A stretch of 64,000 bases of DNA from an uncultured Clostridia bacterium (GCA_947629095.1 CANRCK010000004.1:57080-121079), one strand, 5' to 3'; shown: positions 13,289-22,546, counted from the stretch's first letter. The notes: generated from the sequence alone by a model not told the origin. Program-made: numbers and translations.

Positions 13289-13756
13289 TCAAAAATTGCC
13301 ATATTCACGGCGGGCGTAAGCCTTGCAGCGGCGGGCGGTTTCCTCCGGCAGCTTGCCGCTCCAGCTTAAAAGGGCGATATCGGGGTCTTCGGCAAGTTTC
13401 CCGGCGGCAAATTCCTTTTCTTCAACACGGCGCACGTCCATAACGACCCGGCTGCCGTCCGGCATTGCCGCAACCACGAGCACCTCCGCAAGAACGGGGA
13501 GAACGTAGTTGCCGAAAATATAGTCGCCTATATCTTCCATATCGGGTACGTGGGCGTGGGCGCCCAAAAATTCAACCGTCCATTCGCCGTCGCTATAGTC
13601 CACGGCAATGCCCATTCCGTTTTGGGGATTGACGAGCGCGACGAAGGGATAGTCCGCGCCCCTGTACTCAAGCGTGCGGACCTCCGCCCTTACGGGGGTA
13701 TCATACTCCGAAAGGCGGCTGTTGAGTTCCTTTGAAAGCCGTTCGTAAATATTCAT
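13289..13756 (-). CDS. hypothetical protein (155 aa), translationally close-coupled to ade
   Basis: ATG lies 2 nt after the ade stop, with GAGG 7 nt upstream. No recognisable motif. Confidence 0.55.
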   Translation of the reverse strand: MNIYERLSKELNSRLSEYDTPVRAEVRTLEYRGADYPFVALVNPQNGMGIAVDYSDGEWTVEFLGAHAHVPDMEDIGDYIFGNYVLPVLAEVLVVAAMPDGSRVVMDVRRVEEKEFAAGKLAEDPDIALLSWSGKLPEETARRCKAYARREYGNF

Positions 13757-13758
13757 CT

Positions 13759-15471
13759 CTATGCCTCTATATCCGTGAAAGTGAATTTTGACACGTCGAA
13801 CAGACCCGTATCCAGAAGTTTTAGCTCGGGGATTACGGCAAGCGACAAAAACGCAAGGGACATAAACGCTTCATACCCGCTGTTTACGCCCATAGAATAG
13901 GCTTTTTGGAGAAGGGCGCGGCTGTCCTTTATATATTCTTCCGCGCTGCGGGAGGACATAAGACCGCCGATATCGAGGGCAAGCGTGTGAAGCGCGCCGC
14001 CTGTTTCGGCTATTACCATACCCCCGCCAGTTTCCCTGAGGGCGTTGCCTGCCGCCGCCATTGCGGCGTTATCGTCGCCCAAGAGAATTATGTTGTGGGA
14101 ATCGTGGGAGACGGTTAAGCCCATTGCGCCGCCCTTGAAGCCATAGCCCTTTATAAGCCCCTTGCCTATATTTCCCGTAAGCTTGTGCCTTTCAACCACG
14201 GCAAGCTTGAGGATATCGGTGCCCTTTATATCCACGTCGCCGTTTTGGGAAGCGACTTGGGCTATTTGGCAGCCCGTGACTATGCTGCCCGGCTCCAACG
14301 TTATAACCTTTGCCCTGTTGCCCTTGAGCGGAAGTTTGAAATCCTCGGCGCAGAGGGGCTTTTTGAGACGGACGGTGTTGAGAACGGCTTGGGGGAGATA
14401 ACGGGCGGCGGAGAACAGAGCCTTGCCGTCCTTTGCAACGATTTTGCCGTCCTTTATTACGAGGCGGGCGTTGAAGTCCTTTAAATTATCCACCGCGACG
14501 AGGTCGGCCGCGTAGAAGGGAGCTATTCCGCCCCTCCATTTGAGACCGTAGCACTCGGAGGCGTTGAGCGTAGCGCACCTGACGGCTGTAATGGGGTCTA
14601 CGCCGTAATCGTTGACCATATGGCGGAGAGCGTCGTCTATATGACCCTTTTCCTTTAAGTCTACGGCGTGCCTGTCGTCCGTGCAGAGAATGAAGCGGCG
14701 GGAATTTTCCCGCGTGATAAACCGCGCGTTGCCGAGGTTTTTTGTGGACGAGCCGTGGCGGATGTGGACGTACATACCCTTGGATATCTTTTCCTCGATC
14801 TCGGCGCCGGACACGCACTCGTGATCGGTGGAGATGCCGCCGCAGAGATAGGCATTGAGGTCTGCGCCCGAAAGCGAAGGCGCGTGGCCGTCGATTATTT
14901 TGCCCGCGGCGTGCGCCGCTTGAAGCTTTTTGAGGACGTCATCGTTGCAATTTACGACGCCCGGATAGTTCATAAACTCGCCCAAACCGAATACATATGC
15001 GTTATTTACGTTATTTTGTATGTCCTCGCCCGAAAGGGTTGCGCCGCTCGTTTCAAACGGAGTGGCGGGCACGCAGGAGGGCAGCTGGAGCCAGACGTCG
15101 AGAGGGACGTTTTTTGAAGCCGTGGCAATATATTCACAGCCAGCCATACCGCAGACGTTGGTTATTTCGTGCGGGTCGGCAATCACAGCCGTGGTGCCGC
15201 GCGGAACCACGAGGGAGGCAAATTCTTCGGGGGAGAGCTGGGAGCTTTCTATATGGACGTGACCGTCGATATACCCCGGAAGAAGGGTGAACCCCGACAA
15301 GTCTATCTCTTCAATGCCGTCGTATTCCCCTACGCCGACTATTTTGCCGCAGGTTATTGCAACGTCCCCTTTGCGCAACACGCCGTTGAAAACGTCGGTA
15401 TACGTTGCGTTTTTGAGCACAAGCTCCGCCTTTTCTGCGCGGCGGGCGGCGGAAATCAACTTTTTAAGCAT
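13759..15471 (-). CDS. ade: adenine deaminase
   Basis: 570 aa. Amidohydrolase metal motif LLPGYIDGHVHIESS. The length and N-terminal pattern fit adenine deaminase. Confidence 0.85.
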   Translation of the reverse strand: MLKKLISAARRAEKAELVLKNATYTDVFNGVLRKGDVAITCGKIVGVGEYDGIEEIDLSGFTLLPGYIDGHVHIESSQLSPEEFASLVVPRGTTAVIADPHEITNVCGMAGCEYIATASKNVPLDVWLQLPSCVPATPFETSGATLSGEDIQNNVNNAYVFGLGEFMNYPGVVNCNDDVLKKLQAAHAAGKIIDGHAPSLSGADLNAYLCGGISTDHECVSGAEIEEKISKGMYVHIRHGSSTKNLGNARFITRENSRRFILCTDDRHAVDLKEKGHIDDALRHMVNDYGVDPITAVRCATLNASECYGLKWRGGIAPFYAADLVAVDNLKDFNARLVIKDGKIVAKDGKALFSAARYLPQAVLNTVRLKKPLCAEDFKLPLKGNRAKVITLEPGSIVTGCQIAQVASQNGDVDIKGTDILKLAVVERHKLTGNIGKGLIKGYGFKGGAMGLTVSHDSHNIILLGDDNAAMAAAGNALRETGGGMVIAETGGALHTLALDIGGLMSSRSAEEYIKDSRALLQKAYSMGVNSGYEAFMSLAFLSLAVIPELKLLDTGLFDVSKFTFTDIEA

Positions 15472-15556
15472 ATATAAGCCTCACTGACTTTTATGTGCGG
15501 CGCGGGAAAGATAAGCTTGTGTCATGCGCCGCCGATATTATTGTATCACGTACTTT

Positions 15557-15592
15557 GAAAAAAGTAAAGCCGGCTGCGGAAATTCCGCAGCC
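15557..15592 (-). terminator. intrinsic terminator after the P-type ATPase gene
   Basis: Minus strand: GGCTGCGG-AATTT-CCGCAGCC then GGCTTTACTTTTTT. Confidence 0.75.
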
Positions 15593-15613
15593 GTGGACAA
15601 AGAGGTTTTTGCG

Positions 15614-17977
15614 CTACTTTATAAGCGACGCGCGCATTGCGTTGAGAACGGCGAGAAGCATTACGCCGACGTCCGCAACGACCGACACTATGAGGGGGAA
15701 GGGAGAAACGGATACGCCGCAGGCGATGAGCGAGGCGAGAATTATATCGCACAGCATCAGCCCAAATTTTACGAACAGGGAGCCGACTATGTTCTGGACG
15801 ACTATGCGGCGGGTGCCCTTGGCGATTTTTCTGCCCTTGGGTATCAAAGAAATATTGTCGGACACGAGCACGACGTCGCTGGCTTCGATTGCCGCGTCCG
15901 AACCGACCTTGCCCATAGAAACAGCGCAGTCCGCGCAGGTCATTACGGGGGCGTCGTTTATGCCGTCGCCAACGTAGAGGAGCTTGCCGCGCTCTTTAAG
16001 TTCGCCCGCGCGGGCGAGCTTGCCGTCGGGGAGAAGCCCGGCGACGCAGCCGTCCAGCCCGGCTGCCTTTGCAACCGATTCCGCGCGCGCCCTTTGGTCG
16101 CCAGTGAGCATTTCGGTATAGGTTATGCCGCCGGCTTTTAAGGCGGAAACTGCCTCCTTTACCCCTTCCTTTAAACCGTCGTCTATTTCAATGACCCCCA
16201 GATATGTGCCGTCCAACGCAACATAAACTACCGTTGAAACGCTGTTTGCGGGCGGGAAGGCTACGCCGTTTTCCGAAAGAAGCTTTTCGTTGCCGCAGAG
16301 AAGGGTTTTTCCGTTTACGGTGCACTTTATACCCCTGCCGGCAAGCTCTTCGGCGTTTTCGGCAAAGACGTCCGTGGGGATAGCGGCAAACGCCGCGGCT
16401 ATGGGATGTGAGGAATATTTTTCGGCGGCGGCGGCTAATTGAAGCGCCATTTCGTTGCTGTAATTTATAACTTTGAACGAACCTTCGGTTATGGTGCCCG
16501 TTTTGTCAAACGCGGCAACCGTGGAGAGGGCAAGTTCGTCGAGACAGGTGGAGCCTTTTATAAGAATGCCCGAGCGGGCGCAGCGCCCGATGCCGCTGAA
16601 ATAGGTGAGCGGAACGGAGATGACGAGCGCGCAGGGGCAGGAAATTACGAGGAATGTAAGGGCGTTATATACCCACTCTTTAAAAAGCCCGACCCACGAA
16701 AGCGCGGGGGTGAAAAGATATATTGCCGTGGGAACGGCAAACGCAACGAGCAGCGCCGCAACGCAGACCGCAGGGGTGTAGTACTTTGCAAATTTGGATA
16801 TGAATTTTTCGGGCTTGGATTTTTTTGCCGTGGAATTTTCGACGAGTTCGAGAATTTTTGCGACGGCGGAATTTTTATATTCCCTTATTACCTCCGCCTC
16901 TATTGCGCCCGTAAGGTTTATTCCGCCCGATAAAATTTCGTCGCCGACGCCTGCCGCCGCGGGCAGAGGCTCGCCGTTTAAACTCTTTAAGTCTATGGAC
17001 GTTTCGCCCTTGAGGATTTTGCAGTCGACGGGAATTTTTTCGCCCGCCTTTATTAAAATTTTATCCCCGGCAACAAGCTCTTCGGGGGAGACAGTGCGGT
17101 ATTCCCCGTCTACTATGACGGTTGCGGTGTTGCTCTTTAAATCCATAAGGTCGGCAATGGAGCTGCGGGAAGCGCCCACGGCTATGCCCTGCAAAAGCTC
17201 GCCGAGCTGATACAAAAGCATTACCGCAACGCCCTCGAAAAAGCCCTCGTGCGTGAATATGCCCAGCACGACCGCGCCGATAGAAGCGACGGTCATAAGG
17301 AAGTTTTCATCGAAAATTCTGCCCTTGGAAAGATTTTTTACCGTGTTTACGAGGACGGGATGACCCACGGTTATATATGCAAGACCGTAGAGACAGTAGG
17401 TGCATATCTGCGCCGCAAGACTCTGCCACGCTACGCCCGTCAAATCGAGCACGAGGGCGGGGATAAACAGTATGACCGCCGCAACAAGACAGATTATATC
17501 CTTTTTATGCTCCGCGAAAACGGACCTTTTTTCCCTGCCGCCGACGATTTTTACATCCTCGAAGTGGGAGATGGCGTATATCGCCCGCTCGCGCGATTCG
17601 GGAGAGTCGGCGTTGAGGACGACGCGCATATTCATAAAGTCAACGCAAGCCTCCACGCCCGCGATTTTGTTAAGCTCCTCTTCAAGCTCCCGCGCGCAGT
17701 TGGCGCAACACAGGTTTTCGATTTTTATCTTTTCGCCGTAGACGCGCTCCTTATGGGGGGCGCTTCGAACTTCGTCCTCCACTACCCGCACTTCCTCGAA
17801 ATTATTGCACACGTCCTTTATTTTTTGGAGAGAGGGGTCGCTGCAATCGGCTACGACCTTTTGAGCCATAAAATCGACGGTGACGGAATTTACGCCGTCG
17901 AGCTTTTGCAGCTCCTCTTCAAGCTCCCGCGCGCAATTGGCGCAGTCAAGCCCCTCTATTTTTATAACTTTATTCAC
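15614..17977 (-). CDS. cadA: heavy-metal (Cd/Zn/Co-type) translocating P1B-type ATPase
   Basis: Two N-terminal HMA domains (GLDCANCAREL, LCCANCAREL), CPC (SCPCALV), DKTGT, GDGINDAP. I prefer the GTG start at 17977 (AAGGAG 10 nt upstream, overlaps the arsR stop as GTGAATAA) over the track's TTG at 17998. Confidence 0.9.
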   Translation of the reverse strand: MNKVIKIEGLDCANCARELEEELQKLDGVNSVTVDFMAQKVVADCSDPSLQKIKDVCNNFEEVRVVEDEVRSAPHKERVYGEKIKIENLCCANCARELEEELNKIAGVEACVDFMNMRVVLNADSPESRERAIYAISHFEDVKIVGGREKRSVFAEHKKDIICLVAAVILFIPALVLDLTGVAWQSLAAQICTYCLYGLAYITVGHPVLVNTVKNLSKGRIFDENFLMTVASIGAVVLGIFTHEGFFEGVAVMLLYQLGELLQGIAVGASRSSIADLMDLKSNTATVIVDGEYRTVSPEELVAGDKILIKAGEKIPVDCKILKGETSIDLKSLNGEPLPAAAGVGDEILSGGINLTGAIEAEVIREYKNSAVAKILELVENSTAKKSKPEKFISKFAKYYTPAVCVAALLVAFAVPTAIYLFTPALSWVGLFKEWVYNALTFLVISCPCALVISVPLTYFSGIGRCARSGILIKGSTCLDELALSTVAAFDKTGTITEGSFKVINYSNEMALQLAAAAEKYSSHPIAAAFAAIPTDVFAENAEELAGRGIKCTVNGKTLLCGNEKLLSENGVAFPPANSVSTVVYVALDGTYLGVIEIDDGLKEGVKEAVSALKAGGITYTEMLTGDQRARAESVAKAAGLDGCVAGLLPDGKLARAGELKERGKLLYVGDGINDAPVMTCADCAVSMGKVGSDAAIEASDVVLVSDNISLIPKGRKIAKGTRRIVVQNIVGSLFVKFGLMLCDIILASLIACGVSVSPFPLIVSVVADVGVMLLAVLNAMRASLIK

Positions 17978-18317
17978 AGCCGAGATGCTCCTTTGCAAGT
18001 TCTATTATTGTCATAACGTGCCAATCCGATATGGAATAGAGAATTTTTTTGCCCGAACGGCGGCACTTGACTATGCGCGCGGCTTTGAGCGTTTTGAGCT
18101 GGTGGGATACCGCGCTCTGGTTGCCGCCGACAGCTTCCACAACATGGTCTACGCACAGCTCCCCGCCCGCAAGGGCAAACAAAATTTTGAGCCGCGAAGG
18201 CTCGCCGATGGACTTGAAACGGCTGCCCATCTCCTCTATCTGTTCATCCGAAGGCATTCTTTGAAGCGCCTCTTTCAACCGCGCCTCGTGCAGCTCCTCT
18301 TCCTTGCACCTATCCAT
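17970..18317 (-). CDS. ArsR/SmtB-family metalloregulator (CadC-like)
   Basis: 115 aa. Winged-helix ELCVDHVVEAVGGNQSAVSHQLKTLKAARIV. First gene of the operon with the ATPase. Confidence 0.88.
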   Translation of the reverse strand: MDRCKEEELHEARLKEALQRMPSDEQIEEMGSRFKSIGEPSRLKILFALAGGELCVDHVVEAVGGNQSAVSHQLKTLKAARIVKCRRSGKKILYSISDWHVMTIIELAKEHLGCE

Positions 18318-18331
18318 ACTATGCTCCTTTT

Positions 18332-18351
18332 ATATGAATTATTATTCATAT
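18332..18351. promoter_or_regulatory. candidate ArsR-family operator (8-4-8 inverted repeat)
   Basis: ATATGAAT-TATT-ATTCATAT sits between the predicted -10 and the arsR start. Confidence 0.6.
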
Positions 18352-18360
18352 GATAATATT

Positions 18361-18389
18361 ATAATAATACGCCTGACGGGGAAAGTCAA
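18361..18389 (-). promoter_or_regulatory. candidate sigma-A promoter of the arsR-cadA operon
   Basis: Minus strand: TTGACT (18384-18389), 17-nt spacer, TATTAT (18361-18366), with TATAAT 3 nt further on. Confidence 0.5.
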
Positions 18390-18435
18390 GCGTTCGGCGA
18401 AAGATTTTTTTGAAATTTAAAAATCGGGAGCGGGT

Positions 18436-19323
18436 TTAAGCGAAAGGAAACGGGAAAAGGGGCGTTATTGCGTTGACAAGAATGCCGCAAAGATAGGAAA
18501 CGGCGTAGAGAACAAAGATTATGGCAAGGTTGGTTTTTATAAGCTTTGGGTTTTTGAGAAGAATTACAAAGCCCATGCCAGCGTTTACTACGAGACCTGC
18601 CGTCAAGCTGCCAAAGGTGATGACGCCGCTCGTGAATGCGGAAGTTAAAATTACGCTCGACGCACAGCCCGGGATGAGACCCACAGCCGCGGTGATAAGG
18701 GGTTGGAGATAGGAATTTACGGCAAGGGAGCCGGATATGCGGTCCTCTCCAACATAATATATGAGCGTGCCGAACAGAAAGTTTACAACAAAGAGATACA
18801 GGGCGATTTTAAGGGCGTGAAGCAAAGGATAGAGAAAAAAGAGCTTCCACGGGGAGTCGTCGCCCGATTCGTGCTCGCAGGAATATTCCGTGGAGCTGTC
18901 GAACTGACCGACTTCGGCAACCTTTTCCCTGACAAGAATGGCGTTTGCGGCGTAGCCGACAATCAATGCCAATAAAAATTTAATTATGAGAAGGGGCAAA
19001 ACAGCCGAGAGCGCGGAGACGTTGGTGACGTCGGATAACAGTAAAATGACCGCCTCGTCGGAGGTGGCAATGAATACCGCAAGCAGGGCGCCGGTGCGGA
19101 TATATTTCTTTTCGTAGAGCTTTGCAGCCATAACCGAAAAACCGCACAGCGGTACAAGACCGGCGGCGGAACCGATGAGCGGGGCAAAGCTGCCCTGTAA
19201 AATTTTGCGGTTGCCGAATACCGATGTTTTGTGCTCGATTACTTCTATTATTATATAGATGAGTAAAAGAAAGGGAAAGAGCTTGGCGGTATCCAGCAAC
19301 GCGTCAATAAAAACGTTTAGCAT
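18436..19323 (-). CDS. polytopic membrane protein, possibly of the ArsP_2 'putative 10TM heavy-metal exporter' family
   Basis: 295 aa, about 9-10 hydrophobic spans. N-terminus MLNVFIDALLDTAKLFPFLLL resembles that family as I remember it. Adjacent to the metal module. Confidence 0.5.
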   Translation of the reverse strand: MLNVFIDALLDTAKLFPFLLLIYIIIEVIEHKTSVFGNRKILQGSFAPLIGSAAGLVPLCGFSVMAAKLYEKKYIRTGALLAVFIATSDEAVILLLSDVTNVSALSAVLPLLIIKFLLALIVGYAANAILVREKVAEVGQFDSSTEYSCEHESGDDSPWKLFFLYPLLHALKIALYLFVVNFLFGTLIYYVGEDRISGSLAVNSYLQPLITAAVGLIPGCASSVILTSAFTSGVITFGSLTAGLVVNAGMGFVILLKNPKLIKTNLAIIFVLYAVSYLCGILVNAITPLFPFPFA

Positions 19324-19332
19324 TTATTTGAA

Positions 19333-19511
19333 AAATTGCGAAGGTATGCGGCGGGTAGAAGCGAGAAATTGCGGAGTTATCAAGCGGTTAGAAACGAGCA
19401 AGACAAGGAGCGTGCGTAAGCGACGACGGGAGCGTACATAGACGTACGTGACCGAGGAGCGCGCAAACGCGACACAGTATTGCGAAGTTTATAATCCGCT
19501 TGAAGCGTGAG
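19333..19511 (+). repeat. family-C extragenic element (full copy)
   Basis: Three ~30-nt internal direct repeats (TTGCGAAGGTATGCGGCGGGTAGAAGCGAG / TTGCGGAGTTATCAAGCGGTTAGAAACGAG / TTGCGAAGTTTATAATCCGCTTGAAGCGTGAG) plus a central hairpin CGTAC-ATAGAC-GTACG. Ends at the base before the stop codon 19512-19514. Confidence 0.8.
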
Positions 19512-20735
19512 CTACCTGAGTTTCTTTTTGGGCGCCTCCTTCTTAGGCTTCAACTTTTCCATTTTTTCACACTCTTCGGGATAGGGCATGGGAACGAAAT
19601 CCGCGTCCTTTTTGCCCGTTTGGATATAGCCGCCGTCCCTTGAAAGAAGGGTGAGGCGCGTTTCGGAATCAAATATATAGAGCCTTGAAAGGTCCACGGC
19701 AAGGTGAGTTTCGGCGCCGCTTGCGCACTCCGCGGCATATGTTACTATTACGGGCTGACCTGCAAGGTCGCACTCGGCGTAGGTAACTTCGCCGTCCGCT
19801 TCGGTTTTGCCGAGAGTTGCAAAAAGCTCCCCCTCCGCCGAGGTTTTTATGTCCTCGGGACGGATACCTATTATTATGGGCTTGCCGGATTCGGCGTATT
19901 CCGAGACGGCTTGGAATCTGTCAACAATTTTGGAATCAAGCGGAAGCTTTCCGCCCTTAAATTCCACAAAATAGCCTTCCCCTTCCTTTATGACTTTTGC
20001 GTTCTGCAAAAAGTTTATGGTGGGCGAACCTATAAAAAACGCAACGTAGGTGTTTACGGGGTAATCGTAGAGATTGGCGGGGCAGTCTATTTGCTGCACG
20101 AAGCCGTTCTTTAAAATGACGAGGCGGGTGCCTATGGTCAAAGCTTCGGAGAGGTTTTTTGTGGCGTAGACAAACGTTCCGTTTACGCGCGCCTGAACGT
20201 TTATTATTACGCTGAGGACGTCGCGGCGGAGATCGCTGTCTATGCCGGCGAGAGGCTCGTCAAAGAGGTATAGTTTGGGTTCGCGGACCATCGCCCTGCC
20301 TATTGCAACGCGCTGGCGGGCGGCGGAATTGAGGACCTTGGGCTTGCGGTAGAGAAGGTCGGTTAGCCCTAAAATTCCCGCAACGGACTTGACGCGGCTG
20401 TCCACAAGAGCCTGCGGAGCCTTGCGCAGCCTTAAACCGAACGCCATATTGTCGTAGACGGTGAGCGCGGGATACAGCGTATCCTGCCTGAATACCATTG
20501 CTATATCCCTGTTTTTTGGGTCCACCTCCGCCATATCCTTGCCGTCGATGTACACCGAACCTACGGAAGCCTCCTCAAGACCCGCTATTACCTTTAAAAG
20601 GGAACTTTTACCGCACTTTTCATTGCCGACGACAACTATAAATTCCCTGTCGTCCGCCTCTAAATTGACGTCGTAGAGGGCTGTCTCACCCGAGAGATAG
20701 ACCTTGCCAACTCCGCTTAACTTTAAACTTGCCAT
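19512..20735 (-). CDS. orphan MalK/MsmX-like ABC ATPase with degenerate catalytic motifs
   Basis: 407 aa, aligns by eye along E. coli MalK including the C-terminal regulatory domain (FIGSPTINF). Walker A GNEKCGKS. Signature LNSAA instead of LSGGQ. H-loop ATKNL instead of THDQ. Confidence 0.85.
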   Translation of the reverse strand: MASLKLSGVGKVYLSGETALYDVNLEADDREFIVVVGNEKCGKSSLLKVIAGLEEASVGSVYIDGKDMAEVDPKNRDIAMVFRQDTLYPALTVYDNMAFGLRLRKAPQALVDSRVKSVAGILGLTDLLYRKPKVLNSAARQRVAIGRAMVREPKLYLFDEPLAGIDSDLRRDVLSVIINVQARVNGTFVYATKNLSEALTIGTRLVILKNGFVQQIDCPANLYDYPVNTYVAFFIGSPTINFLQNAKVIKEGEGYFVEFKGGKLPLDSKIVDRFQAVSEYAESGKPIIIGIRPEDIKTSAEGELFATLGKTEADGEVTYAECDLAGQPVIVTYAAECASGAETHLAVDLSRLYIFDSETRLTLLSRDGGYIQTGKKDADFVPMPYPEECEKMEKLKPKKEAPKKKLR

Positions 20736-20928
20736 GTGTTTCTCCGCTTATTTTTTGGATGGCGCAGACTGCACCGTATATATAATAGCACATATGGGGC
20801 GGTTTTTCAAAGTGCTTTGAGGGTAAAAAGAAAAAATTTTTGGGCGTACGGGCGGAATTAAGGGGAACGGCGGCGGGAATTTTTTGAAAAACGTTGTACA
20901 AAACGAAAAAATATGGTATTATTCATTT

Positions 20929-21522
20929 ATGGCAAACACGGATTACGACAAGCTGATGACCGAAAAAATTGCCGCGGCGGGCGGAAAAAAGAAGCTGCTT
21001 TTGCACTGCTGCTGTGCGCCGTGCTCTTCGGCGTGCCTTGAAAGGCTGAAAGATTACTTTGAAATAACCGCTCTGTTCTATAACCCGAACATAGAGGACG
21101 CCGAGTACGAAAGACGGAAAGCCGAGCTTATAAGATTTGCCGAAGAGACGGGCTGGGCAAACATTATGGACTGCGACCACGATACTTCCGAATTCTACGG
21201 TGCGGTGAAGGGGCTTGAAAATTGCAAAGAGGGCGGCGAAAGATGCTTTAAGTGCTTTGAGCTGCGGCTTGAAAAGACTTACGGGCTTGCAGCGGCGGGC
21301 GGATTTGACTATTTTACGACGACGCTGACAATAAGTCCGCTTAAAAACGCCCGAAAAATAAACGAAATAGGCGAAAAAACGGGCGGCGGAATGTGGTTGC
21401 CCTCGGACTTTAAAAAGAGAAACGGATATTTGAGAAGCATAGAGCTTTCAAAAGAGTACGGTCTTTACAGGCAGAATTACTGCGGCTGCATATTTTCCCG
21501 CAGGGAACGCCCAAAGGCTTGA
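20929..21522 (+). CDS. queH: epoxyqueuosine reductase QueH (DUF208)
   Basis: LLLHCCCAPCSS and C-terminal NYCGC motifs. Start moved from the track's 20884 to ATG 20929 (MANTDYDK). Confidence 0.82.
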   Translation: MANTDYDKLMTEKIAAAGGKKKLLLHCCCAPCSSACLERLKDYFEITALFYNPNIEDAEYERRKAELIRFAEETGWANIMDCDHDTSEFYGAVKGLENCKEGGERCFKCFELRLEKTYGLAAAGGFDYFTTTLTISPLKNARKINEIGEKTGGGMWLPSDFKKRNGYLRSIELSKEYGLYRQNYCGCIFSRRERPKA

Positions 21523-21586
21523 AAAAATGCGCGGGGCGTGATATAATATAAATATACTTTTAAATAAACTTTTGCGGAGCTTACCG

Positions 21587-22525
21587 ATGGATATTAACAG
21601 ATATTTGCCCTCCTACGGCATAGAAAACAAACACTTTATAAAAATTTCGGACTTTTCCACCGAGGAGCTGTTTGAAATTCTTTATGCCACAAAGGCTATG
21701 AAATCAAAATTCATAGCGCACGAGGACACGCGTATTCTTAAAAACGTGACCGTTGCACTGCTGTTCGGGGATACTTCCCTAAGAACGCGCTCGGCGCTGG
21801 AAATAGGCGTGCGCCAGCTCGGCGGGGTGTGCGTTAACCTGCCGTACAGCGAAAAGGATATGCGCGCGGGGGAAAATATTAAGGATATAGTGAATATTAT
21901 CTCCCGCTACGGCGTGGGCGCGCTGGTGACGCGCGGCATACCACTCAAAAATCTGGACGAATTCTGCGCGGTTTCCTCCATTCCCATAATTAACTCCACA
22001 AACGAGAGCAGCATTCCCCTGCAGACGGTGTGCGATTTGTATACCATATGGGAAAAGCACGGAAAGCTTGAAGGACTGAAAATAGCATACGTGGGCAAAG
22101 GTTCAGCCAACGCCCATTCTTTGATACTCGGCGCAATAAAGTGCGGTATGGAAGTTGCTGTTGCAACTCCCAACGAATTTGCGCTTAAACGCGAGGTACT
22201 GAACTCCGTGCGGCAGTTCGGGCACGTGCTGGCAACCGATAACCCCGTTGAAGCCGTGAGAGGCGCGGATATAGTTTACACGGACAGCTATAACTACCAC
22301 TCCGTGATAACCGAGCGCGAAAGAGCTATTCTGGAGCCGTACTGCGTGAATACTTCGCTTATGTCGGTTGCAAACCACGGAGCGTACTTTATGCACTCAC
22401 TGCCCGCGTGCAGGGGCGTTGAGGTGACCGAGGAGATAATAGACGGAAAAAACAGCCTTGTATTAGACCAGGGAGAGAACAAACTGCACACGATAAAGGC
22501 GGTTTTGGCGCTGTTGATAAAATAA
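21587..22525 (+). CDS. aspartate/ornithine carbamoyltransferase-family protein, divergent
   Basis: About 312 aa. TSLRTR (versus STRTR) and MHSLPACRGVEVT (versus HCLPAxRGxEV). The HPxQ position reads IPLQ and there is no SMG motif. ATG 21587 preferred over TTG 21572. Confidence 0.65.
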   Translation: MDINRYLPSYGIENKHFIKISDFSTEELFEILYATKAMKSKFIAHEDTRILKNVTVALLFGDTSLRTRSALEIGVRQLGGVCVNLPYSEKDMRAGENIKDIVNIISRYGVGALVTRGIPLKNLDEFCAVSSIPIINSTNESSIPLQTVCDLYTIWEKHGKLEGLKIAYVGKGSANAHSLILGAIKCGMEVAVATPNEFALKREVLNSVRQFGHVLATDNPVEAVRGADIVYTDSYNYHSVITERERAILEPYCVNTSLMSVANHGAYFMHSLPACRGVEVTEEIIDGKNSLVLDQGENKLHTIKAVLALLIK

Positions 22526-22546
22526 AATATAGCATATATATAGCGT

